From a virus (Duplodnaviria > Caudoviricetes), in the IMG/VR virus record IMGVR_UViG_3300027851_000001, positions 1 to 59,658 of that record: DNA of 59,658 bases, one strand, 5' to 3'. Below are positions 26,972-36,396 of the stretch, one piece after another (the stretch's first letter is position 1; every line of letters starts with the position of its first letter). Both the position numbers and the translations under genes were made by a program. The notes beneath the pieces were generated by a model. It was not told where the DNA came from. It was given only the letters and a program-made list of their open reading frames with translations, and made no database searches.

Positions 26972-29026
26972 TTAAGCTCCTGTGGTTCGACTGGTTACGG
27001 TGTTGGCGTCGCGGCCACCGGCCACGGACCCATCGGGGTTCTCTGCGCGACCGTTCGGGGCGCTCGGCCCCTGCGGTGCGGCTGCCTCGGCCATGGTTTT
27101 CTGCCGCTGCAGCTCGTCCATGATCTCCAGGCGCTCGTTGGTCGGCACGATGTCGTCGGTGGGCATGGCCAGCCCCTTGGCCACTTCGCGCAGGATGGCC
27201 GCGCGGCCCTTGACGCCCACGATCTGGCTGTCGATCGGGTTGGCGGTGGCTTGCAGGAACTCGACCCGGCGCACGTTGAGTTGTTCGCGGTTGGCCAGCG
27301 TCACAGCGCCGCGCGGAATGACCTCGCAGTCGCCCTTGATGCTCTCGTCGTCCACGTACTGCATGTTCCAGATGTACTGCGCCGTCACGGTCGGGCCGAT
27401 GACGTCGAAGTCAATGTGCATGATGGTCTGGCGGATACCCTTGCCGGCCGAGCCCATGAGCATGGACAGGCCCGACGCGGTGCGCCCGGCGCCGCCCACC
27501 TGCCCGTCGCCGTAGACGTAGGCCGGGATGCCGGACTGTTCGTCGGCCATGCGAGCGAAGCGCTCGTACACGGCCATCAGCTGACCGCTGCGGTCCTCGG
27601 GCTGGTTGAAGCGGATCGCTGGCTGCCCCGAGCCCATCGGGTCGGTCTTGGTCTGCCAGATCTTCCATGGGAACATCTTGGTGATGACCTCCCCCTCGGC
27701 GAGCCGGTCGCGTGTGACTTCCACCTGGGGCCCGGAAGCGATGCCCATGTTGTTGGCCAGCGAGCGCGCGGCGGCGTTGCACATGGCCTGCACGTCCTCG
27801 ATCAGCTCCGGGTAGCTCACGCCCCACAGCGCGCCGGGCGCCTTGACGGCGCTGGTCATGCGGTACGGTTTGTCACCCAGCGGGTCGTAGTTGAGGGTCG
27901 CCTTGATGACCCAGCGGCCCACGACCCACACGTTGGCGTCGTACATCTTGGCGGTGTCCGGCACCTCGGCCGAGGTCAGACCCCAGTCGATCAGGTCCTG
28001 GCCGGAGACACGGCCCCAGAACTCCAGCGCGTCGTACTTGCTGCTGTCGGTGCGCCAGATGCTGTACTTGTTCTCCAGCTGCGCCTTGGTGTGCTCGGCG
28101 GACCACAGCCACTCGGAACTGCTGCCCTCGCTGAGCACCGCGCGGATGGCGCCGTCGTCGTAGCCCGGCACGCCGATGAGGTCGGACAGGTCGGCCTCGG
28201 CAAGGCGGTGGTGCTCCAGGCAGTAGCCCTCGGTCAGGCGGGTCAGGCCCGGCTCCGGGTAGAAGCGGAACGGGTCCACGCGCCTGTAAGTGGGCACTAA
28301 CTTCTCTTGCACCTTCGGTGTGTATGAGCCATCCGTGCCACGTGCCCACTCCAGCTGCCGCACGCGGCGGACCTCGGGGCCCTTCAGCACTGCTGCCGGG
28401 TACGTGGCCAAGTCGCTGATGAAGGCGTTGAACGCGTCCACCATGCCGCCCTCGGCGAACTGGTCGTCGATCTGGCGCTTCATCGCCGTGGCGCGGTCGC
28501 TGGCGTCGTCCAGCACCTGATTGCGGATGTCCTCCTGCGCCTGTTCTTCCAGGGCCGCCATGACCAGCGGGTCCAGCGGCGTGCCGCTCTGGATGAGCGC
28601 GATGACCTTCTGCCCCATCACCTCGGTGACGCGCTGCAGGCTCTCGGGGTTGACGTCAGGGTTGGCGGTCGGCTTCAGGTCGAAGGGGACGATGCCCTGG
28701 TCCAGCAGGATGTCGCGCAGCCAGCTCTCGGCACCGCGGCATTTGGTCGCCGTGACCATCATGAAGATGGCGCTGCCGCCCTCCTCGTTGATGGCGGCCA
28801 GCTTGTCGGGCTCGTACTCGCCGGAGCGCTGGCGCAGCGCCTTGAGCATCTTGGTCTCGATCGGCTGTTTGGCGTCCCGGGCCGCTTCCCAGCAGCGTCG
28901 CACGTGGGCGGCGAGGCCCGTGAGCACCGGGATCTGCTGGCGAAGCTCGGCGTCGCGTGCCTCTTGCGCTCGGGCGTCGTCAGCGTCGAGCTGGCTACCG
29001 GATTTGATGACGACGAGGCCGGGCAT
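26972..29026 (-). CDS. Portal protein
   Basis: 684 aa between terminase and scaffold; RRVDPFRFYPEPG and GAGRTASGLSMLM motifs. Confidence 0.85.
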   Translation of the reverse strand: MPGLVVIKSGSQLDADDARAQEARDAELRQQIPVLTGLAAHVRRCWEAARDAKQPIETKMLKALRQRSGEYEPDKLAAINEEGGSAIFMMVTATKCRGAESWLRDILLDQGIVPFDLKPTANPDVNPESLQRVTEVMGQKVIALIQSGTPLDPLVMAALEEQAQEDIRNQVLDDASDRATAMKRQIDDQFAEGGMVDAFNAFISDLATYPAAVLKGPEVRRVRQLEWARGTDGSYTPKVQEKLVPTYRRVDPFRFYPEPGLTRLTEGYCLEHHRLAEADLSDLIGVPGYDDGAIRAVLSEGSSSEWLWSAEHTKAQLENKYSIWRTDSSKYDALEFWGRVSGQDLIDWGLTSAEVPDTAKMYDANVWVVGRWVIKATLNYDPLGDKPYRMTSAVKAPGALWGVSYPELIEDVQAMCNAAARSLANNMGIASGPQVEVTRDRLAEGEVITKMFPWKIWQTKTDPMGSGQPAIRFNQPEDRSGQLMAVYERFARMADEQSGIPAYVYGDGQVGGAGRTASGLSMLMGSAGKGIRQTIMHIDFDVIGPTVTAQYIWNMQYVDDESIKGDCEVIPRGAVTLANREQLNVRRVEFLQATANPIDSQIVGVKGRAAILREVAKGLAMPTDDIVPTNERLEIMDELQRQKTMAEAAAPQGPSAPNGRAENPDGSVAGGRDANTVTSRTTGA

Positions 29027-29104
29027 GGGCGGTCCTGTGGGTGAAGGTGCCCAGAGTGTAACGGAAGTGAGCCCTCACTTCAACAGGGCGACTTCTGGGC
29101 TATC

Positions 29105-29131
29105 AAAAAGCCCGCACTGTGCGGGCTTTTT
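29105..29131. terminator. Bidirectional rho-independent terminator
   Basis: AAAAAGCCCGCAC-T-GTGCGGGCTTTTT. Confidence 0.75.
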
Positions 29132-29186
29132 GGGGGCGTCGGTGCAGACTGGATCGGGGATGGTGGGGGTGCTTGCGGAGGGGCTG

Positions 29187-30569
29187 TCAATTGGCGGCTT
29201 GAGCCGCCATAGCAACATACCCAATAGTCTTCGGATGTGTGCCATCCCCCGTATACCCAGCCTTCCAGATTCCAATGGTGTTTTCTGACTCAACAGCCAG
29301 CGCCACATCCAATACCTCAGAAACATATTGAGGAAAAGAGCGTAACCACTCGTTATATAGATGCCGAATGCTCAATACACCGCCGACAAAGTTTGCCCCG
29401 TTCGGAGTTTGATTTACTTCTGTGACAAAGCCATCCGTCGATGATGTTCTAGGTGGAAGCGTAGCGACTTTTACATCAATACCAGCGGCTGCAAGGTGCT
29501 TCCAAAATGCCGTCATCCTCGCTTGTATGAGCGCAAGTGCAACTCCGTTAATCATGTCGTTTGTGCCAAACTGACAAACTGCATGTGTTGCCCCGTAGGT
29601 AAGATTAATGACCTTGGCTGGATCACTCACCGGGTCAAATGTTGGAACTCCTCTACCTGGGTAACCAAGTTGCAAGAAAGGCACTTTTTTGCTAACGCAA
29701 TATCTTGCAATCCACCCCCCGGAACTGAGATTACTTGAGTCTTCTTGCCCATTCGCAATAGAGTCTCCGAAAGAAACATATACGTCGCCGGAATAGCTTG
29801 ATTTCCCTACGACAGCCAGCGGGGCGTAAATGTACCCGTTACTTGTGCCAAGCCCCGTGTTGTCCAGCAGTGTCCTGTCAACGCCACCATTGTCTGCCCA
29901 TGAATCCCTTAGCCCGGCAGGGAATTGGCTCAAGTCACCAAAGAGTGTTGAGCTTCTACAAGCCATATTTCCAGAAGCCAGCGTAACATACGTGCGCAAA
30001 TATAGTGCGTCTGCAGAAACTGGCGGAGTGGACGGTCCGCTATATTCAATAGGAACAATATTTGTTTTTACAACTTCACCTGGCTTTATCGTTCTACTTG
30101 TAGTGCCATCCGGGAATGTGAGCTGTATCTTTGTTCCGCTTTGCAGTTCAATTGCGGATTTAATGGTTATATCGACACTGCCAGGATTGTCGAAATAAAC
30201 AGCAATTCCTATCAACGCAGTCTGTGGAATGAGCGCCATTCGCACCATGTGCGATGTTACGGCCTTGCTGCTTATGGATAGACCACTTGGGCGACCAAGC
30301 GGAACGCCTCCATCGAAGTAATCTAGACCGCTTTTGAACCCAATCCCCGCCCGCATCTGAACCTTCTGCGCGCTGGTAGGCTCAGACCCGCCGATTGCTA
30401 GGCCGGTGGGGGTCAGGGCGACCATGGCCATGGCCGTGGGGTTCGCATGGTCCAGCACCGCGCCGCCCAGGTCCCGGTCGACCCCCGTGTTGTCCGTGTA
30501 ACCGACGAGCTTGCCGGTGATGCTGTCGTAGAGCAGCGGGCTGCGGGAGTCGGCGGTGTGAACGGGCAT
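29187..30569 (-). CDS. SGNH/GDSL hydrolase-domain protein with a low-GC C-terminal part
   Basis: FGDSIANG (block I), GYPG (II), FGTND (III), DGTHP (V). Confidence 0.85.
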   Translation of the reverse strand: MPVHTADSRSPLLYDSITGKLVGYTDNTGVDRDLGGAVLDHANPTAMAMVALTPTGLAIGGSEPTSAQKVQMRAGIGFKSGLDYFDGGVPLGRPSGLSISSKAVTSHMVRMALIPQTALIGIAVYFDNPGSVDITIKSAIELQSGTKIQLTFPDGTTSRTIKPGEVVKTNIVPIEYSGPSTPPVSADALYLRTYVTLASGNMACRSSTLFGDLSQFPAGLRDSWADNGGVDRTLLDNTGLGTSNGYIYAPLAVVGKSSYSGDVYVSFGDSIANGQEDSSNLSSGGWIARYCVSKKVPFLQLGYPGRGVPTFDPVSDPAKVINLTYGATHAVCQFGTNDMINGVALALIQARMTAFWKHLAAAGIDVKVATLPPRTSSTDGFVTEVNQTPNGANFVGGVLSIRHLYNEWLRSFPQYVSEVLDVALAVESENTIGIWKAGYTGDGTHPKTIGYVAMAAQAAN

Positions 30570-30625
30570 GGTGGAGCGCTCCGGGTGGTGTGACCCGGCT
30601 ATGTTACACGGAGTGGGCGCTCACA

Positions 30626-30775
30626 TCAACAGGGCTTGCGGCCCTTGGCCGGCGTCTTATGCAAACCCTCCTTCTTTTCGCCTCGGGCGTAGGCGGCCTT
30701 GCCCATCTTTTTCTCGGCGGCTTCTTCGCGCTTGGACTCTTTGGCGGCGAAGGGGAACGGTTTTTTCGTGGCCAT
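30626..30775 (-). CDS. Small basic protein ending GRKPC
   Basis: AAGGAG RBS; 49 aa, Lys-rich. Confidence 0.55.
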   Translation of the reverse strand: MATKKPFPFAAKESKREEAAEKKMGKAAYARGEKKEGLHKTPAKGRKPC

Positions 30776-30810
30776 GGGGGGCTCCTTAAAGAGGGTTGGT
30801 TGTGGCGCAG

Positions 30811-31209
30811 CTACGCTGCTGTCTGCCGGGCGTATTCTGCCATCAGCTCCTGCGCGATGGACTGTATCGCGTACGCCTCCTGCTCGGTACCTGGGTGGGT
30901 CTCTCCGATGCGTTCGGCGTAGTTCTGCCAGATGTGCACGGCCTCGTGCACCAGCAGTCCGGCGATCTCGATGCCCGAGCGCCCCTCGCAACTGCCCAGA
31001 CACACGACGCACACGAGGTTGTTCTGTTTGTTGGTCATCACATGCGCGGTGGCGTCCGCATGCGTCGAACTGAGAAAGGGCGCGGAACCAGCCGGGATGC
31101 CGCAGTGTCGGAGCGCGTCGTGGAACTGCTCCTCGCTCAGGCACAGCGCCAGATAGGGCCCGGGCGCCGCGATGCGCCTGTCTAGCCATGTTACTTTTTG
31201 TTTTGCCAT
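30811..31209 (-). CDS. Hypothetical protein with an HExxH motif
   Basis: LLVHEAVHIWQ...EQEAY, zincin-like. Confidence 0.6.
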   Translation of the reverse strand: MAKQKVTWLDRRIAAPGPYLALCLSEEQFHDALRHCGIPAGSAPFLSSTHADATAHVMTNKQNNLVCVVCLGSCEGRSGIEIAGLLVHEAVHIWQNYAERIGETHPGTEQEAYAIQSIAQELMAEYARQTAA

Positions 31210-31235
31210 GTGCGTGTGTGCGTGTGTGCGTGTGG

Positions 31236-32681
31236 TCAGGTCCAGGCGGCGTACGATTTGCGTTGTATGGGGAGAGCCCGCTGGTCGTCCATGGCGCCGG
31301 AAATCTGTGCATCCGCGTGCAGGCACAGGTACTGGGCCGCATCCGAGATGTGCGAGGAGTTGTTCTTCTCCGGCGTGTCCTCGAACTCGCCGTTGGTTTT
31401 CAGCTTATACCGGTACCCGCCACGCATGGCGTTGATCAGCACACGGCAGCTGGGGTCCACGAGGAAGCCGGCACCTGCGTCCACCTGCCTGTTGAGGAAC
31501 TGCTCCACCGCGGTGATGCGCGCGATGATCGAGTTGGTCTTGGCCGGGATCGCTTTGAACCCTTCCTTGCGTAAGACGTCGTACACCGTCTGCTCGTCGG
31601 TCTGGGCTCGGGCCGTGCCGGCGGGGTCTCCGATGACCAGCACTGGGCAGCCGGGGAACGAGCTCGCGAGTTCGGGTTTCAGGATGGTCCGCAGGAACCT
31701 CAGCAGCCCCATGCCGTCCGAGGTCAGCGAGCGGAAGATCAGCAGGCGGCCCATGGCGTCCAGCTGTCCGATGACGGCGGACGGGTTCAGGCCGAAGTCC
31801 ATGCCGATGAGCAGCGGGCGCAGACCGTTGGCGATGTGGCGCAGCGGCTGCTTGGCGACGTGGAAGTCGGTGTCGAACGAGCGGAACACGGCCTGCCCGG
31901 CAAGACTCTTGCCGAACTTGCTGTGGATGTACACGTCGATGTAATCCTGGCTCTTTCCCTTGGCCAGATCCTCGTAGTAGTTCGAGGGCAGGTAGTGCAC
32001 CCAGTCGGCTTCCTGCGACATGCCCGAGGGCTGGATGGTGATGTGCACGTTGTCCGGCGGCGCGCTCAGCAGGCGCTCCCAGTACGTGTCCATGTCCGGC
32101 GGGTTGCTCATTCCCCACACATGCCGGTTGCTCGCGCCCGTGTCGGTGACGCAGCCCTGGATGGGGTGCCCCTTGGCGTCGGTGCCCCACTCCGGCTTGT
32201 GCGGCACCATCATACCGTCCGGGTACCGGCCGAGACGACCCTGGAGCGCCTCGAACACGTCCGGGTTCAACTCGCGGAATTCCTCCACCACGGCGAAACT
32301 GGCCTGCAGCGAGAGCAGCCGGCGCACGTCGTTGGAGTCGTCCAGGCCCCGGAACATGACCTCGCACTCCACGTCGTCCATCCGGAGAATGAACCGGTAG
32401 CCCGTTTTCTCGTAGACACCCGCCAAGCCGTCCGGGAACCACTTCAGAAAGTCGGGGATCGAGGTGTCCCGCAGCTGTTCACGCGTCTGCCGGATCCAGA
32501 TGCAGCGGGAACGACGGATGCCGTCGCGACAGGGCGCCATTCGCTTGGCATGATACAAAATCTTTATGATGCCGGCAGTTGTTTTGGTGCTCCCCACACA
32601 TCCCACGGCGAGGGATATGAACGATTCGCTCAAAAAGAAGGGGGTTAGCGACGGAACGGGTGAGTAGGCCGTGTTGCTCAC
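31236..32681 (-). CDS. terL: Terminase large subunit
   Basis: Walker A-like GCVGSTKT, Walker B-like AVVEE, MSNPP, RNase H-like IGMDFG and SHISDAAQY; GTG start overlaps the stop of the upstream gene. Confidence 0.9.
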   Translation of the reverse strand: MSNTAYSPVPSLTPFFLSESFISLAVGCVGSTKTTAGIIKILYHAKRMAPCRDGIRRSRCIWIRQTREQLRDTSIPDFLKWFPDGLAGVYEKTGYRFILRMDDVECEVMFRGLDDSNDVRRLLSLQASFAVVEEFRELNPDVFEALQGRLGRYPDGMMVPHKPEWGTDAKGHPIQGCVTDTGASNRHVWGMSNPPDMDTYWERLLSAPPDNVHITIQPSGMSQEADWVHYLPSNYYEDLAKGKSQDYIDVYIHSKFGKSLAGQAVFRSFDTDFHVAKQPLRHIANGLRPLLIGMDFGLNPSAVIGQLDAMGRLLIFRSLTSDGMGLLRFLRTILKPELASSFPGCPVLVIGDPAGTARAQTDEQTVYDVLRKEGFKAIPAKTNSIIARITAVEQFLNRQVDAGAGFLVDPSCRVLINAMRGGYRYKLKTNGEFEDTPEKNNSSHISDAAQYLCLHADAQISGAMDDQRALPIQRKSYAAWT

Positions 32682-33289
32682 GAAATTGCGTCCTCGCCGG
32701 CGTATTCGTACTCCGCATCTTCCTCGAAAAACACGTTGGAGGAGCGTTTTTCGGTGGGCGGAGGGATATCCGGTGCTTGTGCAGCCTCTCGAGGGGCTCC
32801 GGGGAGGGTGATTGTCGGCACCTCGATCACATCCTGCAGCTTTTTCACCGCCAGAGCGTTCTGGTTCGACTGAATTTCGAGCCCCGCGCTCGGGATGTTG
32901 ATCGTGATGCTGTATCCGGCACCTGCGGACTGCACTGCGGCCGCTTTTGGCTTCAGTCCGGCCCATTCGACGAGGTTTTCGAGCATTTTCACCCGCGCAG
33001 GACCGGCAACGTCCGGGTCTTTGACCAGCGCATGGGCGATCGGCAGCAGATCCTCGGCCAGCACCTGTGATTTGGCGGCAAAGGAGAACCCGTTTTCGGT
33101 GAGATCCTTGGTGTACGCGCCCACGTACCGTTGAAAGGTCGGGTTGGTTTCAATCCGGGCGTACTCGGACGGCAGGATGGCCTCTGCAGCCAGCACGGTG
33201 GCGATGGGTTCGTTGGCCCCGACCGCGTTTCGGGCGACAGCCAGCGCCAGCTCACGCAGGGTTTGGTCGGCAATCAGGGCATGGTTCAT
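32678..33289 (-). CDS. Putative terminase small subunit
   Basis: Directly upstream of and overlapping terL; ITINIP C-terminal strand. Confidence 0.6.
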   Translation of the reverse strand: MNHALIADQTLRELALAVARNAVGANEPIATVLAAEAILPSEYARIETNPTFQRYVGAYTKDLTENGFSFAAKSQVLAEDLLPIAHALVKDPDVAGPARVKMLENLVEWAGLKPKAAAVQSAGAGYSITINIPSAGLEIQSNQNALAVKKLQDVIEVPTITLPGAPREAAQAPDIPPPTEKRSSNVFFEEDAEYEYAGEDAIS

Positions 33290-33598
33290 GCGTGGAATGT
33301 ATCAAAAATCTCGGCGGCTGGGAAATGTGAGTGGTCACACCGGACTCGAAAAATAGCCGGGCGGATTTTTTGCGCATCTTTGTACGCAAACGCGTGTAAA
33401 CGAAGCGGACTCTATTTTTTCCGGGCGCTCTACGCGGAGGGGATAAGACACCCGGGGTGGGGTGGCCGCTTGACGGGTGTGCCCCCTCCCCCCCCCCTAC
33501 CCACCTTAACTACTATCACCATTCCACTCGCAAGTCAAGCCAGCCTGTCATATAATCAAGGCTCGGGACCACTACTTATTCACGTAAAGGAAACCACC

Positions 33599-33784
33599 AT
33601 GAAAAGCCCTACCCTTTTCCCTTCCATTGTCTCGGACGACAACACCTCCACGCGCGCCCTGATCGCGGATGACGTCATGACATTCGGGTACCATGATGCT
33701 GCCGTTATCGCACGTAGGCAGCGCAAGCTGTGTTTCACGCTTGCGTACTTTCTTATTTTCGGCCGCGCACCTCGGAGCCTATGA
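33599..33784 (+). CDS. Early hypothetical protein
   Basis: TATAAT at 33551, AAAGGA RBS, conserved leader. Confidence 0.6.
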   Translation: MKSPTLFPSIVSDDNTSTRALIADDVMTFGYHDAAVIARRQRKLCFTLAYFLIFGRAPRSL

Positions 33785-33960
33785 TGTCCATATCCAGCCA
33801 GAACATCCGGAGTATCAACAACATCAGGCGCGAGACGCTGCGCCGGCGCGAGACGGAGCGCACGAGCGAGGTGGCACGCATGGCCACCGACCTACAGCGG
33901 CAAGGGCTAACCCGCACCGAAGCGCTAAAAACTGCAGAGCGGCTGGTCCCCCATGTTTAA
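33781..33960 (+). CDS. Early hypothetical protein
   Basis: GGAG RBS; ATGA overlap. Confidence 0.55.
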   Translation: MMSISSQNIRSINNIRRETLRRRETERTSEVARMATDLQRQGLTRTEALKTAERLVPHV

Positions 33961-34030
33961 GGACGTCGCCCTCGCGGTCGTCATCGGCCTTGCGCTCGCC
34001 GCCCTCGCGGTGCGATACTTCACCACCTGA
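33953..34030 (+). CDS. 25-aa membrane peptide
   Basis: MFKDVALAVVIGLALAALAVRYFTT; overlaps the upstream stop and is followed by a terminator. Confidence 0.45.
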   Translation: MFKDVALAVVIGLALAALAVRYFTT

Positions 34031-34065
34031 TCCACTCACTCCCTGGGGCATATCGCTGCCCTTTC

Positions 34066-34097
34066 GCCCCCGCGCCGCAAGGTTCGGGGGCTTTTTT
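34066..34097 (+). terminator. Rho-independent terminator
   Basis: GCCCCCG...GCAA...CGGGGGC-TTTTTT. Confidence 0.75.
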
Positions 34098-34219
34098 ACG
34101 TCCGAGCAGTACGCGACGAGCTAAGGCCCGGGCAACTACTATCACTTCGCTAGCAAACTACTATCACCCGGCGGGGCTCGGCGAGCCGTAATCCCATGGG
34201 ATTTGCCCTCACATAACGC

Positions 34220-34248
34220 TTGCACCACATGTGTCATAGGTATATAAT
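34220..34248 (+). promoter_or_regulatory. sigma70 promoter
   Basis: TTGCAC-17 nt-TATAAT, 15 bp downstream of a palindrome. Confidence 0.7.
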
Positions 34249-34313
34249 TGGCACATGCCACGAAGGCATACCGACCCGGCGGACCCGGACACTTGTTTAC
34301 TGGAGTACTTATC

Positions 34314-35018
34314 ATGGCCATCGCCACCGCTATCAAAGCCCCCGTCACTCGCGCCCAGAAGGACGCAGCCCGCGCCACCAAAAAGGCCGCTGCTGTTGTC
34401 GCCACCCGCGACGCGAACGTGGGAACCCTCATCAACAAAGCTGGACAAGCTGCAGCTTCCATGTACACCCTGTGCCGGGAGGCTGCACAGGCGGCCGCAA
34501 AGCAACTCAACCCGGCCAAGCCTCTGCAGGAACGTCTCTCCGAAGTGGTGAGCCTGTATGCGGCCGACTTCGCTGCAGCGGGTCATAACGTCAAGGCCGT
34601 GTTCTCTGATGCACTCATGCTGCACGCATGCGCTCAGACCCCGGTGAGCGTCAACGCCATCGGCACCGATGGCAAAAAATGCGAACAGCATGTGACCGCA
34701 GCAGACGCGGTCAACATGAGCAAACATGCCATGCGCGATGCCGCAAAGCAAGTGCGCGAAGCCCATGGTATCGGCCGCAAAGCGGGTGCCGGCCGCAAAG
34801 CTGCAGTCCCGGCCGCAAAGCCCACGTCCAAGGTGGCGCAGCCCGCGACCGTGACGGCATCCGAGGTGGACCGGTTCACATCATGGTTGGATGACATGGA
34901 CGCCTATATCGGCGACGCGGTTTACCACCCGCGGATTGTGGCCCACCTCATTACGCTGGGCTTCACGCTCAGCAAAGCCGCCAAAGGTCGCACCGTGACA
35001 GGCGCGGCCAGCCACTAA
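34314..35018 (+). CDS. Early Ala/Lys-rich hypothetical protein
   Basis: CACTTGTTTACTGGAG leader; 234 aa. Confidence 0.75.
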   Translation: MAIATAIKAPVTRAQKDAARATKKAAAVVATRDANVGTLINKAGQAAASMYTLCREAAQAAAKQLNPAKPLQERLSEVVSLYAADFAAAGHNVKAVFSDALMLHACAQTPVSVNAIGTDGKKCEQHVTAADAVNMSKHAMRDAAKQVREAHGIGRKAGAGRKAAVPAAKPTSKVAQPATVTASEVDRFTSWLDDMDAYIGDAVYHPRIVAHLITLGFTLSKAAKGRTVTGAASH

Positions 35019-35062
35019 ACCACAACATACCCGCCCCACATGGGGCGGGTAAAGGATCAACC

Positions 35063-35326
35063 ATGAAAAATTTTTTCTACATCGAGGTGACCGACACGTT
35101 CGCGGGTGAAGCGAACTATGGTTGGATGACCCGCCACAAGGTGCGCGCATCCACACCACGTGGTGCCATGGTGCGCCTGGGCCGCATGTCTGGCATGTCA
35201 TGGCGCAAGGTCGGCGACTATGGCGATACGCTCCGGTATGACAGCGCCAGCGGCGCCACGTGCGCGTTTATCGAGCCGTGGGAGGATGAGCACGCCGACC
35301 TGCCCCGCGTGCGCGAGCTGTTGTAA
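35063..35326 (+). CDS. Early hypothetical protein
   Basis: AAGGA RBS; EVTDTFAGEANYGW. Confidence 0.7.
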   Translation: MKNFFYIEVTDTFAGEANYGWMTRHKVRASTPRGAMVRLGRMSGMSWRKVGDYGDTLRYDSASGATCAFIEPWEDEHADLPRVRELL

Positions 35327-35345
35327 GCCCCGCGAATCCCCACCG

Positions 35346-35377
35346 AGGGCCCAGGCGCAAGCCGTGGGCCCTTTTTT
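35346..35377 (+). terminator. Rho-independent terminator
   Basis: AGGGCCCA-GGC-GCAA-GCC-G-TGGGCCC-TTTTTT. Confidence 0.75.
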
Positions 35378-35529
35378 GCGTCCACCAAGGGGGTAACTAC
35401 TATCACCCGCGTTCGGCGCTCACAGGCCCGATACGCTGAACTACTATCAGGGCAACGTGCCCGCAGCGGGCGATGAGTGGGGATGCGGCCCACGGGGCCG
35501 CTAATCCCGTGGGATTAAGTCCTACATAT

Positions 35530-36300
35530 GTTGCACAGATACATGAGCCTAGCAAACCCCGTGCCAACTGAGGTATGAGCGAGGCAAAAAGGCATACTGC
35601 TGGGGGTTTAACGAAAGTACTACAGTTTTTGGAAGGAAAATATCGCTCGGAACCCGCATAAACACTGGGCCTCTGAAAACTAACTAAAAGTTGTGCCGCA
35701 TCGTGAGATGAATGAGCCGCGATGTGAAACGGCGGAAGCCGGAGAAAACGCGGAATCGGCATGAACAAAACAACGTAAGTACTTGATTTATATAGAGAAT
35801 GTGGCTGCGGGCGGGCGGTTCCCGCACAGGTGCCAAGGGACAGCCCGGAGGGTGGGGGGTATAGAGTTAGTTAATTAGATAGATAGATGATAATAATTGG
35901 GTTACGCGGGCAACTTTTTGGTCTGTCCCCAATTTCGGCGCGGAGAGGTGCCGATGGAGGCTGCCGGCTTCCCGCAGTGTCTCTCTACCCCCGGAAAATC
36001 TATCTATTTGTCTAATCCTTATAAATCAACGACTTGCAAGCGTTTCTTCGAGCTAAACTCGAACGTCTGCAATCTATGGTTACGTTTCGTCCGCGCACAT
36101 CAGAAGCACACGACACTAGTGCTTCGGTTCAACACAGTAACAACGCCGACATCTACGCACCTTGCTTCGGATACACACACGCACAACCCTTCGGGTTTCC
36201 AACAAACCGCACGTGCAACACACACACAACCGAAGCGTTGTACTAGCCTGTCCACGTGCAACACACGCATAACCACATCATCTACGCACAACCGAAGCAC
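35530..36300. other. Long non-coding region, candidate replication origin
   Basis: AT-rich AGAT repeats, two inverted IHF-consensus sites (35776-35788, 36024-36036) and CA-rich repeats. Confidence 0.5.
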
Positions 36301-36339
36301 CTTAATCCCGTGGGATTAGCCCTGCCTCGTACGCAACTA

Positions 36340-36368
36340 TTGCGCTCCGCGCTTTTTGTTGGTACATT
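36340..36368 (+). promoter_or_regulatory. sigma70 promoter with extended -10
   Basis: TTGCGC-17 nt ending TGG-TACATT, downstream of palindrome 36303. Confidence 0.55.
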
Positions 36369-36396
36369 GCAGCTTTCCACCCACCCAGGAGCCACG

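Larger units (their letters stand above)
33508..35449 (+). repeat. AACTACTATCA(C) direct repeat, 5 copies
   Basis: At 33508, 34134, 34156, 35395 and 35439; all outside the genes I called. Confidence 0.85.

Noticed and set aside
31208-31234. (TG)-rich microsatellite TGTGCGTGTGTGCGTGTGTGCGTGTG
   Set aside because: It is a short intergenic simple repeat with no further evidence of function.
32682-32966. Extended N-terminus of terL in the ORF track
   Set aside because: It overlaps the putative terS. The GTG at 32681, coupled to the terS stop with a GAGG RBS, is the better start.
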